Of a stretch of 64,000 nucleotides of DNA, positions 50,593 to 63,373 are shown one piece after another. Source of the stretch: Camelus dromedarius (Eukaryota); the NCBI RefSeq assembly GCF_036321535.1, contig NC_087436.1:77440001-77504000 (forward strand), written 5' to 3'. The position numbers were made by a program, and so were the translations under genes. Position 1 is the first letter of the stretch. Every line of letters starts with the position of its first letter. The notes under the pieces are model-generated. The model saw only the letters and a program-made list of their open reading frames with translations, had not been told where the DNA came from and did no database searches.

Positions 50593-52069
50593 TCTAACTT
50601 ACCATCTTAGGTTTTTGAAGTCATCTTTGTCATTAGCCCAGTCGTGATCTTTGCTTGACCCCTCTGAGTGGGTTTAATTTCAGCCTGGGCTCTCCCAGGT
50701 TGTCCCATACTACTGTGACTGGACTGAGTCAAAGTCTGAGATGATTATGATGCACTAAAAATTAGCTGAGCACTTCCTGTGCACAAGACACTGTGCTAAA
50801 TAATTTATATACATCATTTCACTTACTCTTTACAACAACCTTATGGGTTAGGAATATTTTTCACATTGTAGCCTCAAAGAACATGCATCAGAGTGGTGTT
50901 AGTTGGCTTAACAAAAAGTTACATGAAGACATTTGCATTTACCATCCAGGACCTGATAGAGATCTGTGGAATCCCGGGTGCCATGATTTGTTGTTGTTGT
51001 TGTTGATGATGTTATCAGTGCTACATGATTCGATTTTAGGACTTTGTCATGAAAAGATATCATTTTCCCCTTCAGTCTCATATCCATATCCTAGTCATTG
51101 ACAGGTCATATATTTCTTTTGCAGATGTGTTTCTGACTTGACAAGACATAATTTGGGATTGTTTTTCAGAACTCTAAGCAGTCTACTATCCACAGTTAAG
51201 ACTGGGGAATTTCAGCCATCCTGTACCCACCCTTGCTACTTCCTCCTTTCACTGAGCTTGGCAGAAAACAGCTCTTTGTACTTAACCAGGGTTTTATTTT
51301 CAGTCACTCTGGGTAAGAATTACAGTGCCCCACAGCTTTGTGTGTGGAAGAGCTCTGGACAGAACTAAAAGTGGCCTTTAATTGTGGCTTCAGCCTTAAA
51401 GTCTTTAGGGAAAAATTGGCCTTGACTTGTTGAACCTCAGTTATGTCCCAGGATACTTTTAGAATCTATTCATATCCTCTGAAATGTGGATCACATGATT
51501 TTTGTAATATTTGCTTGGAATTCTTTTACAAATAAATTTAATTTTCCAATACTTAGCTCATTTTAGTTTTTCCTTTACCTCAAGCTAAACATTAAGTACC
51601 ATCTTCCATGGAAAACTGAAGGATGGATAAGAGAAGTCTGAAAGATAGACCACCTCCTGTTCGTCTATAAAACCCAAATATACTAGAACAGTTCCTATCA
51701 AACTCCTACTGAAATATCTGTCTGCATTATTCTGGTAGAATTTTATCCAAGCTCTGTTTGGCTCATTGCTTTAAAAAAAAAAAAAAGTCAGGATTCCCAG
51801 AACAAGTATCTGGTAGTATCTTTAATTGTCTAGAATGTGCTTCCCTGAAAATTATGTCTCTGGGTAAACCTTAAGAGAATAATTAGAGATCTGAGACAGC
51901 CTCTAGTTTATTGACAACACTTACTGTGGTTATGACAGAATTATTTTTTATACAAAATTTTCTCCAACATTTAAAAAATATATATAGCATAAAATTGACC
52001 ATTTTAACCATTTTTAAATGTATTGTCCAATGGCATAAAGTACATTCAAATTGTGCAACTTTTCCAACT

Positions 52070-52870
52070 TTTTATTATAAAATTTAAAAAATTTTGGAGA
52101 AGTTCAAAGAATAGTACCATAAATGCCAGTATACTCACAATCTAGACTAAACAGTTGTTAACATTTTTTTTCCAAACTTGCTTTTTGCTTTAATTCTCTT
52201 TAAAATGTTGGGATGTATGTGTGTGTATCATTTTAAAGTAGCTTGCAGATTTCATCCTTAAATATTTCATCATACATCTTCTAAGAATAAGGACATTTTC
52301 CTATATAAAGTCACCATTATTATATGTAAGAAAATAAATAATTATTTCCTATTATCATCTAATATCCAGCTCATATTCAAATTTTCCTAATTGTTCCAGA
52401 ATGTGTTTTGCAGCTGGTTTTGTGAATGATCATCTAGCCAATGTATAAAAAAATGCATTGCTTATGTCTCTGGACTGTCTTTTACTCTAAGATAGTACCT
52501 TCCCACCGCTGTGCCCACTTTCCAAAAAGATATTTTTTTCTTGGTCATAATGTTGTCTTTTTAAAGAGATAAGGCCAGTTGCCTTTTACATTGTCCTGTA
52601 TTCTGGATTTGTCTGATTGTTTCCTTGTGGTATAATTTGATTTCTTTCCTCTCATCTCTGCGTTTTCTTTAAACTGGGAGATAAGTTTAAAAGCTCGAAT
52701 GTATTAGGTATAAACATTTTTTCAGGAAGAATTCTCTATTGGTGACAACTATATATTGTATCATGTCAGGAGGCACTTACTGTCAAGTTGTTGTATCATT
52801 AGTGATGCTCAGTTTGACCCCTTAGTTAAAGAAGAATTGTTAAGTATCTCTTCCGAGAAGATATATTTTA
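52070..52870 (-). mobile_element. L1MC4-like 3'UTR
   Basis: ttttaaagtagcttgcaga...cttctaagaataaggacattttcctatataa...aggccagttgcc...ttctggatttgtctgattgtttcc...attagtgatgctcagtttgacc. Confidence 0.7.
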
Positions 52871-53844
52871 GTTTTCTTGGAGAAATTTTATAGTAGCTAA
52901 ACTAGTATGAACTAATATTTGTGCATTTGTCTATGTCCTATTTAAAATCTACATTTTTAAGAGAAAGACTATTAGTAGCAAATTAACCTTGATATCCAGA
53001 GTTTTTTCATTTAATTTTCTAAATTAGATGAAAGGATGGCATTTGTTATAACAATTCAAATAGAATTAAAACTATACTGTAAAGATATCAGGAATCATAG
53101 ACAACTTCTAATGTGTAAATAAATTGTGCCCAAAATTGCATTTGTTTGTATTTGGAACTCAGAGCCATTTTCCTAGATAAACTATCAGTTAGTGTTCTAG
53201 GTCATCTTGCAAAATGCCAAACCCACTATTTCCACTGAAAAATTAATTTTATTGTATGTAGCAAAAAGAAACTGGACGACAGCAAATAAATGTCTACAAC
53301 CACCTGCAGCTTCCCTGTCTCAGCTATATGGCAACCATCTCACTTAAGTTAATTTAAAAGGGACACATCATGATCATCTTCCTTCAGATATGGTATCTGT
53401 GTCCTTCATGGAATCAAAAAGTAAGGTAACATGCCTCAGGGAACACAACTCGCTCTCTGGAGTAGTAGGCAAAATCAGTTCCTAGCCTTGCAATACATAT
53501 AAATCAATACCTTCTAGATAGGTTCTGTACAAAAGTCAACATTCATAACTTGTGGAACACTAGAAATCTGGTGATGATCTAAAAATCTGAGGATGCTTAA
53601 GTGTAAATCTCACAAAGAAGAAGAGGATTAATGGCTTTCTTAAGCACAGAAGGATAGATGTGCCAGAAGTGATGTGCATTACATTTTTACATGGTCATGC
53701 TGTCTATAGAAATAAGACAAAACTATGGAGAAAGCAAAGATAGACACAGGAAAAACAGAGGCTACTAGACCTAAAATGTCAACTTTCTCAGTGGTAGTCC
53801 AATAATTCCAAGCACTGAGTTTTCTGATAAAGTTGATCTAATCT

Positions 53845-54017
53845 TCAGTTCCTAAACTTTAGCATACTTGTGAATTATGAGGAAGACTTGCTAAAACAAG
53901 ATTTCTAGGCCCCATTCACAGAGTTTTTAATTTAGTAGAGTTGAAGTAGGACCTGAGAATTTGTATTCCTAACAAATCCTCAAGTGATGCTGATGCTGCT
54001 AATCCAGGGACCACTGG
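53845..54017. mobile_element. MER5A (hAT-Charlie)
   Basis: gacttgctaaaacaagatttctaggcccc...acctgagaatttgtattcctaacaa...gtgatgctgatgctgctaatccagggaccac. Confidence 0.8.
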
Positions 54018-56275
54018 TCCAGAGGCTGCCTCTACTTCCCCCTGTCAACACCAGACATCAGGGCTGCCTGAGAAAAAGCTGACTCTGTAGAACTGACTCT
54101 AAGGACTCTCAGCTTCTTTTGGGCTTGCAGACTAACCTCTAGCCAGCTGTCTTCTGTAGGTAATGTGCAAAAGACAAGAGTTCTCCAAGTAGCTCTGTGC
54201 TGTCTTTTCAATGCATGCACACTACCCCGGGAATATATGGCTCAAAGTAAGTTAGGTTGTCACCCTTCAAATCAGTTACCTCTCCCATGTACATCCTCTC
54301 CTGTGGAAATGTGGGGCAATGGGTTTCTGTTTATAACATATTTTTCCCTCTGGTGACTACCTAAAACCTGACACGTGGCAGAGAATTACTAAAAATCTAT
54401 CGCATGAATAAGTTGAATGAAATGAGCAATTTTTACTAAGGAGACCTCTAACCCAATCTTGGAACACTTTGCAAATATAGCTTTACTTAAAATATTTAAC
54501 TTAAAACATTTTAACATTGTGGAAGACTATTCAAATAAAAGAAACAATTTGTAAATTACTTTTACTTACAGTTGATATTCATTTTTTAATAACCCTGAAT
54601 ATCTGGCACAATAATTTTAAAAGTGTACTGGCTATTAATATCATAGCAGTTCTGTCAAAATATTATTATATTTATATTATTTATTATATTTTAAGTCTGG
54701 ATATTTGCAGTTGATTCACAAAATTTATTTTAGTGTTAGTGGTAGGACAGTTTTCACTGTATTTCAAACTGTCAGATAACATTAGAACTTTTTTATTAGT
54801 GTTCCCCAGATCAAATTCCATCTCACCACGTGATCTACAAGTTAAAGAATAATTAAAATTTTAGTATAATCTTGCTTTCATTATTTTCATAAATATCCAA
54901 GAGTATAGAGTGTGATATGTACAAAGTGTCTGAATTTCCTTCTGGTTTTAGTATAGAAATGCTTTTCTTTATATCATCAAGTTCCCATTTGATTCTTGTT
55001 TGTTACAGAAAAGGAATGTGTTGGGCAATAGGTTTGGATGTAAGAGCTTATAAACTTTAGAACTTCAACTGCCAAATTACTTATTAAATTTATTCCATGT
55101 CTACTGATTTATGAAATTGAATGAAACAATGTGAGACCAGTTTCTTCAAACAATGTATGGTATCATTTTCAAACATTACAAAATGTTTGTCGCATAAATT
55201 TCAAAACCGTAACAACAATTTGAAAGATCAAGCGGATCTTAAAGTTTTGTTGTAAAGAGAGCAATCTGTGTGCTATTTTGTATTTCCCCTACCCTTGCTT
55301 TTAAGAGTAAAAACAGTCATTTTAAAAGAAAAATAATTCAATTCAATTTGATGATTTCTCAATTTGTATTCATGGACAAATGAGAAGAATGAAACCAAAA
55401 TCCTGATTCAATTATGCCTTACCTTTGTCTATTCCTGTAAGAAGTTCCACGAACATACCAAGACTTCACACCTAGTCCTAGGCACACTCAACTGAAGAAG
55501 GCAAACCCAACTGTAGTCTGCCTGAGCATTTGAATTCAGGAATGATTAATATAATTCTTTGAGTTCCTAACTTTCCCACATTAGCAGAATTGGATGTTAT
55601 TTAGAGATGGAAACATCAGTGCAGTGTATATATTCAAACTCTCACATAGACACAAATATTGTAAGGGCTTGTTAATACATATTCTGAGTCATTTACGTTC
55701 AATCACCCATGAATCGTAAAGCTACAACAGAAGGGAAGTTAACTTGTTGATGACATGGATCGAAAAATCCCATACCAACATTTTTATTCTTTTAACTTTC
55801 AGCATGTTTACTTTCTATCAACATTTATATTTGATTTTCAGTTACTCTTTACGTAATCATTTTTTAAGAAAGAGTGAACCAGATAAGCCCTCAAGCTGTG
55901 TAATTCTGACTCATGAACACACCTTACAATCCGGTAACATGTGCGTGCACTTCTGTGCCAAAATTTAATGAAATGGAATAATGAGACTCTAAATGGTTTA
56001 GCTTCTTTAGTCATAACCCAAAACTCAACCTCTCAATTCCCTCTCCCACCTTCAAATAAGGGAAGCATTAAACAAGTCTAACATGAAAAGGCAAGTCATT
56101 GGGAATGCCAGCATGCCTTCTTATTAGTTCCCATAAGCTCTATCCATTATCAGTCACCTGAGTGGCAGTCTCATGTCAAACCTTTGGGATTGTACTGTTT
56201 AAATTAAAGAGCATGCTGGTTGCCTAAGTTCTTTGACTATGACTTCACTGTCAAGAAAGTGCAGAAAATGAACAA

Positions 56276-56345
56276 GAAAAGGAAAGGAAAGGAAAGGAAT
56301 GGAAAGAGAAGGAAAGGGAAGGGAAGGAAAGGAGAGGAGAAGAAG
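56276..56345. repeat. (GGAAA)n-like homopurine tract
   Basis: gaaaaggaaaggaaaggaaaggaatggaaagagaaggaaagggaagggaaggaaaggagaggagaagaag. Confidence 0.9.
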
Positions 56346-56638
56346 TTATTGCTTTGGTTTGTCAACTCATGTTGATTGAAGCCACTATAAAGGCATTTGG
56401 GTGAAATACTGTGGAGAAATTGGGTAATCAACCTTTAGTAGATAAGAAAATTAGAAACTTTCTCAATTTTCTTGAAAGGCCCATTTTCTTGTTTTCCAAA
56501 TGCATACTTGATGTTCTTCATAAATTGAGGCCTTGTCCACACTATTCCTAAAGAATACATAAGATTTGAAGGACGCAGAACCAGATAGTGATGCTTGGTG
56601 TTTTTCAATAGTCAAATTCACTTGAATTCTTATGGAAG

Positions 56639-56640
<2 letters not shown>

Positions 56641-56670
<30 letters not shown>
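56641..56670. repeat. (AC)15 microsatellite
   Basis: Seen directly. Confidence 0.95.
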
Positions 56671-56675
<5 letters not shown>

Positions 56676-58371
56676 TATATGAGAACTGTCACAGAGATTT
56701 CAGTCACTGTGTCTGCAAAAGCCATATAGGATTAGCCCATAGTTTAAATTTGTCTAAAGATGAAAATGAGCTATTTAGCTCATCTGGGAAGCAGCTGTGC
56801 AGAACTGTGGAAGGCAATGGTGAGGAAAAACCACTATTAGGTAAACAAAGCAACAGAAAGATGGTGAAAAGGGTAAAGGAATAGGAAATTAGAATCCATT
56901 CAAACAAAACTTACTTGGATAAATGAGGAAAAAAGTCTTTTTCTGCCAGCTCAGTAAATGTTTAATCTGGAAAAGCATGCTTCCACATCTGGCTTATGTT
57001 TAATATTGTAAATATCACCTCTGATTTTTTTATTTTATTTTTGATGTAAATTTTGGTTTATGAACAAAAATAAAATAAAAATCAGTGGAGAGATGTGGTA
57101 TTAATGTTATAAATGCTAAATAAATCAAATAAAATATTCAAAATATAAACTAATACCTATTCTCCAACATGTGCTAATGAAAGTCTCTAAAGAAGAAAAT
57201 TAAAAATATTGGAAATAATAAACATTTATATTGTTTGAATATGAATCACCTAATATATTAAATGCTATGAAAGAAAATCCTCTCAATGACCAGAGAAGTA
57301 GTTATTTTGGTATACTTGCAATACAGAATTATTTTCAAAGTGGGAACCAGTTATTTAAAAGGAAAAAAGGAAGCAAAAATTCACTGTGTTCATTTGTTTG
57401 AAGACAGTATTGTGATGTTTGTATGCAGGAATGAACTAGTTCCAAACTAAATTATTTCTTAATTTTCCGAGGAATTACTCTGAGGGAGTCTTGTGCTCTG
57501 CAAGTCAGCCACACAAATGAACATGTGGCTTCCAAAGGCTGCCTAGCCCTCTTTCTAGGACTTCCAAAAGTCAGGTCATGTGTAAGTCAGTCCACAAAAA
57601 AGAAGATAAATGGAATAAATTGGAGGTCTACCTACCTGAAAAGAGAAATAAGTTAAATTGAGTAGTAATTTTCCTCTGCTTCTGCGTGTAATAATAAGGA
57701 TAATAACTTACATTTGTGAGTTTATAGCACATTTTCACAAGCATTTTGTCATTTTAATGTTCTTCACCCACACATTTTATTTCACCTAGTAATCATAACA
57801 CAATGATTCAGAATAATAAAAGGTTATTATTGTAGAAATGCTATGATAAAAAATCTACAAAGTATTATACAAACACAGATTAAGGCATGATTAATTATTT
57901 GAGGAAGTACAGGAAAGTCTGCTGCAAGAAAATAACTTGGTTTGTCCTTGAAAAACAGGTAGGAATCTACATAGTGAAACAGTGGAGAAAAGGGTATTCC
58001 AAATAGGGGCAAAAGTGTGAGAAAACATTGAAATTTTAGTAACTGTGAGTAACTGATACCTATTCAGCAATCTCAGTCTCCTTGATATATCATATTCTCA
58101 GACCAAGCTGAAATGAAATATAATAACGTACAGAAATAGGAAGGTGGACTGGCAGGAAGTTTTTTAAATAATATTCCAAAGCAGTTTCTGTCATTGCAGG
58201 AGAAATTAAACATTTTTAAAACTTTGTCATGAAATTTAATAATTATATATTGACACCTACTATGGGCTAAGCTGTACTTGACAGTGAGAATTCAGCAATC
58301 AGCAGTAAAAGGATAACTTCCCTTGAAGTGCTTATATTCTGGTAGATAAGACAGACACAAAGCTTATTAGA

Positions 58372-58935
58372 TGTAATGACCAAGGTTCTTAGATGCAGAT
58401 AACAGAGTCCACTAAAGCTGGTTTAATCACGAAAAGATTTAAGAAGAATGTAAATAGTTCACAAAATCACTTGGAGGACTGAAGAAACAGATTCTAGATT
58501 GAGTTTCTACATTTAAGCCACACTGCAGAACTGAGCTGGCAAAAAGCTGCAGCTTCCACCACAATCAGGAAACTGCATTATCAGGAAGCTTCCACCACTG
58601 TTGACAGCTCCAGAAACATGCTGCTTTTGCAACAATCAGGAGCCGCAGTATCTTGAGTCTTCTGCCACAAGTGCCAGTTATAGAACTGCCTTTTCTGCTA
58701 TACTCTGAGCAAAATTGTTCCTGATATCCTGTGTCTCTCCCCACATAACTTAGTTCCAGGTTAATTCCTCCTCTGAGAGCTTCTAATTATGGAAACTAAA
58801 TCGCATGGGAAAACCCAGCTGTGAGGTAACCTTAGAAAAGTAGATTTTTAGCTCTCCCACCTCTGCGGTACAGGAAGGCACATCAGAAAGGGATTAGAGT
58901 GGGTATTGAGCAAAACAATTCCCATCATCTGACGA
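58372..58935 (-). mobile_element. ancient MaLR LTR (MLT1J/K/N-type) nested in L2
   Basis: ggttcttagatgcagataacagagtccactaaagctggtttaa...cccagctgtgaggtaaccttagaaaagtag...agaaagggattagagtgggtattgagc. Confidence 0.65.
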
Positions 58936-59169
58936 AAATGATGAGGAAGTTGCATGACTTACAATTTTTACTAAGTAATTTCAAAGAAATAAATAGGAGA
59001 CTTAAGACTGAGAACAAGCAGGCAGGAGTTGGTCTATACAGGATGATCAAGGACAGCTTTTCTGAAAAGGTAATGTAAGAATGTAGGCTCATTCCGAAAA
59101 GAGGAAACTGCTTCCTAAGTTTCTACATGAAGAGTAAGGAAAAATGCCTTTAGGCCAAGAGAGTACACA

Positions 59170-59425
59170 GAGTCTAGCAGCTAAAGAATGAGATCTCTAG
59201 AACCAAACTAGGTTAAAAATTTTTTTCTGCCCCTTACTTACTTTATGATCTTGGGCAAATTACTCTCTAATTTATTATCCCTGTTTAAAAAATAAGACAC
59301 TAATAGTACCTACCCAAGAAGGTTACTGTGAGGATTGTATGATTTTGTGTATGTAATGCACTGACAACAGTGACTGCTACAAACAATATGCAGTAAAAAA
59401 AAAAAAAGTATGTCATTATCATTAA
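59170..59425 (+). mobile_element. MIR SINE
   Basis: ctgccccttacttactttatgatcttgggcaaattact...taatagtacctacc...ggttactgtgaggatt. Confidence 0.7.
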
Positions 59426-59711
59426 CTTTTCCAACATGTTAAGCTTGAGTTATCTATGAGATATGTCTAGAGTTGAGAAGTCTACAGATGCAAATTTGAA
59501 AGTAGTCAACAGAAAATCCGTGGAAGGAATTTGCTAACTAGGGAAGAGAAGAGAAGAGACATAATGTGAAAAAGCAAAATTTTACACATTTGGGAGGAAA
59601 AGAACTCTGTAAACTAAACTGAGAAGGAAGGTACAGTGGCATAGGAGGACAAGCAGAGCACAACTGTATCATGTATTCAAGACAGAAAAGTGTTTCAGGA
59701 ATGAAGAAGTG

Positions 59712-60006
59712 ATGGAAAACAGTATGGAGTCTCCTCAAAATATTAAAAACTAAATAGAATGACCATATGATCCAGCAATCCCACTTCTGGGTATATATCC
59801 AAAGGAAATGAAAATAGGATATTGAAGAGGTATCTACACCCCCATGTTCATTGCAACATTATTCACAAGAGCCAAGATATGGAAACAAACTAAGTGACCA
59901 TCAAGTGATGAATGGATAAAGATGTTCAGAATATATATATATACACACATATATATATATATATATAAAAATATATGTTGAGAATATATATACACACACA
60001 AGTATG

Positions 60007-60074
<68 letters not shown>

Positions 60075-60575
60075 TATAAAATATTCAGCCATGAGAAAGA
60101 AAGAAATCCTGCCATTTATAACAACATGGATAGACCTTGAGGACATTATGCTAAGTTAAATTAGTCAGATAAAGACAAACACTGTATGATATCATTTATA
60201 TGTAAAGTCTAAAAAAGATGAATGCATAGAAATAGAGACAAAAATGTGGTTACCAGGGGCTGGAGAGGGTTGGGGGAAAGGGGAAATGTTGATCAAAAGG
60301 TACAAACTTTCAGCTATGAGTAAGTCTTGGGGATCTAATGTACAGCATAGTGACTATAGTTAATTTTATACTCAAAAGTTGCTAGGAGAATGGATCTTAA
60401 ATATCATCACCACAAAAAAAGAAATATGAATTATGTGATGTGATGCATGTGTTAGCTAACACTATGGTGGTAAATCATTTTGCAATATATAGGTGTATCA
60501 AATCAACAAAGTGTACACCTTAAACTTATACAGTGTTATATATCAATTATAGCTCAATAAAGCTGGGAGAAAAAA
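59712..60575 (+). mobile_element. L1MA8/9-like 3' end with internal (AT)n expansion
   Basis: atggaaaacagtatggag...ccatatgatccagcaatcccacttctgggtatatatccaaagg...tcaaaaggtacaaactttcag...ctcaataaagctgg; possible degenerate TSD gaatgaagaagtg (59699-59711) / gaataaagaaggg (60576-60588). Confidence 0.85.
59930..60078. repeat. compound (AT)n microsatellite; perfect run of ~29 units at 60009-60067
   Basis: Seen directly. Confidence 0.95.
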
Positions 60576-62465
60576 GAATAAAGAAGGGCCATCTCTTGAT
60601 TAAGATGAACATTTAAAAATGTCCATTATCTAGAAATATGGAGAACATTAGTGACCTTTATAAGAACAGTTTCCATCACGTGGTGGTAGTATTGGGAAAA
60701 CTATATTGTAGTAGATTGAAAGGTGACTTGAAGGTCATGAGTAGAAAACTCTAGAAGTTTGACAAGAAAAGAAATGAAAGTGAAATAAATTGTGTGTGTG
60801 TGTGTGGTGGTAGGAGTAGATGAGAACAGAAATCAACCATGGAAGACAGATATGAGAAGAAATTTCTTTAGGATAGAAGATAGAAAAAAAGGAAATGGAA
60901 AGGCATTCAAATCATCCCATCCTATGGCATTCTAAATCAGTTTTTTTCTGTTATTATCTTATATGTATACATATTCATTCCCTGTAAGTACAGAATGAAT
61001 ATGATAGGAAGAATATTAAAATAGCAATGTCTTTGTCTGGTTATATTTAAAGAGATAGGGCTTTGGGATCACTCAATCCTCATTTCTAATTCTGGTTCTG
61101 TCATCTTGGGCAAGTGTTCAGACTTCTATGATACTTTGCTTCTACATCTTATAAAAGTTGATAAATAATATCTTCCTCAAATGATAAAGGATCATATGAT
61201 CACTATAGTATTGCATGTAAAATACCTAGCATGAAAACTAACCTCAGTAGATACTTAATATTTTAAGGCGTTGTTTGTCATTTCATTAAGTAGTGATGTC
61301 AGTTAGTAGTGAAATTGGTTAAAAAAAAAAAAAGTGTGGAACTAAAAGGAATTTATCAAGGCCAGTAAAAATGTAAATTTGCGTAATTATCTAACATGTA
61401 GACTGTACTTTGAGAGAAATAAATTAAGTGGTAGAATAATTTTTGTTCTAAAACTGGAAAATGGGCAGCTATGGAACAGCATAAGTTAAATCACAAGTCA
61501 CCACCATAGTAAGCAACTATGCACACGTCAGGCGGCAAGGTCATCTACTGAAGCAGGATTCTGCCCTTCAGGGAAAGAAGGGGTGGAGGAGGGATGTGGG
61601 ATGTGGGATATGGAAGGGTAAACAAAATATACCCAGGGCGATATAAAACAACTTCAGGTATACGATCTTCTGCATTAGACTAAAACATGTACACACATAC
61701 ACAAATACAGTATATATTAAGCAGTTTTCATTTTTGAAATCCATTGCTTTATCAAAGGGTTGATTTTTTTTTTTTTTTAAGCAGCTCTCAGGATCTGCTA
61801 GAGACATTCTCTTCTCCTTTGGATGAAGCAAATGGGTGAATGGGTGGATGGGTGTTACAAGATACTCTTATTAAACATTTTGGGTCTTTCTGACAGTAAT
61901 AAAGAACAGAAATTATTTGCTCTCATACTATCCATAATGATAAACATTTTTAGGAGAGATGTTTGGCTTCACTTTGTCAATCAAAAGATGCTCATGATCC
62001 TTAGGTTTTGCCTCAGGTGTAAGACAGCCTGTTTTATCTGCTTGGAACTTCAAAACCCACTGAAATTGGGTTCCCGGGCGAATTTTCATCTTATTCCACT
62101 GTCTAGAATGACAGGTTTCTGGACTACAGACTTAATATTATTAACATTTTATCCTCTTGGCTCAATCATCGTCAGCTATTTGTCCAACTCTCTCATTTCT
62201 TTCAGATATGGATATCTAGTTTAGCTTAAATATGACTAGAGACTTATTAAGCCTCAAATTTCCAAAGAGAGCTCTAAATTAAATCTTTTTTAAAGTTTTA
62301 GAATAGTTTTCGTATTTCCTTCTCAAAGCTTGCCAGTTGGATTCTCCCGCTTCTGCCTGAGTTGGCCAGCTAGTTTTTGGCTTTGGCTAATGTTTGTTTT
62401 CCCTCTCCCCATACTCTGATCTCTTCATCTCTAAAATTACACAGTTTTGCTGTTTCTATATATAT

Positions 62466-63121
62466 ATTTTTTCTAATAGCACTTGTTAATTTTGTGTTTC
62501 TGTGTCACATTTTGGTAATTCTCACAATATATCAAACTTTTTCATTATTATTATATTTGTTACAATGATCCGTGATCAGTGGTTTTTGATGTTACTATTG
62601 CAAAAAAAAAAAATGACTCACTGAAGGCTTAGATGATTGTTAGCTTTAAAAAAAAGGAATTTTTAAGAGTATTATATTATTTATTTTATTCATTTATTTT
62701 TATTGAAGTATAGTTGATTTACAATATTGTGTTAGTTTCAGGTATACAGCATGCTGATTCAGTTATTTTTTATTATATTTCGTTATAGATTATTATAGTG
62801 TATTGAATATAGTTCCCTGTGCTATATAGTAAATCCTTGGTGCTTATTTATTTTATGTATAGTAATTTGAATCTGTTAACCCCATACTCCTAATTTATCC
62901 CTCCCCACTCTTTCTCTTATGGTAACTATGTTTGTTTTTTATGTCTGTGACTCTGTTTTGTATACAAATTTATTTATTTTTTTTAGGTTCCACATATAAG
63001 TGATATCATATGGTATTTAAACTTTCCTATTTGACTTTGATTAAGTTTTATTTTCTGTAGGTCTATCCATATTGCTGCAGATGGCCATATTTTACTGTTT
63101 TTCATGGCTGAGTAATAGTCC

Positions 63122-63158
<37 letters not shown>

Positions 63159-63373
63159 TCTTAAACCAGTCGTCTATTGATGGCATTTCGGTTGTTTCTA
63201 TGGCTTGGCTATTGTAAATAATGCTGCTATGAACATTTAGCAAAAAGTATAGTGTAAACATAACTTTTATATGCACTGGGAAACCAAAAAATTTGTGTGA
63301 CTTGCTTTATTGTGATATTTCCTTTATTTCAGTGATCTGGAACCTAACCTGAAATATCTCTGAGATGTTTCTA
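62466..63373 (+). mobile_element. internally deleted Tigger1 (Tigger1a-like MITE), split by an L1 insertion
   Basis: Tigger1 5' region (tctgtgtcacattttggtaattctcacaata...gatgttactattg) is joined directly to the 3' region (caaaaa...gactcactgaaggcttagatgattgttagc); after the L1 it resumes agtatagtgtaaacataacttttatatgcactgggaaaccaaaaaa...aatatctctgag. Confidence 0.85.
62680..63237 (-). mobile_element. L1 3' end (artiodactyl-type) with internal (GT)n, inserted in Tigger1
   Basis: tttttattgaagtatagttgatttacaatattgtgttagtttcaggtatacagc...ggttccacatataagtgatatcatatggtatt...aataatgctgctatgaacatt; (GT)n at ~63125-63156. Confidence 0.9.

Noticed and set aside
59834..60146. YI-repeat ORFs; likewise the CV/HT-repeat ORFs at 8497, 16224, 56463 and 62983
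   Set aside because: These are translations of dinucleotide microsatellites.
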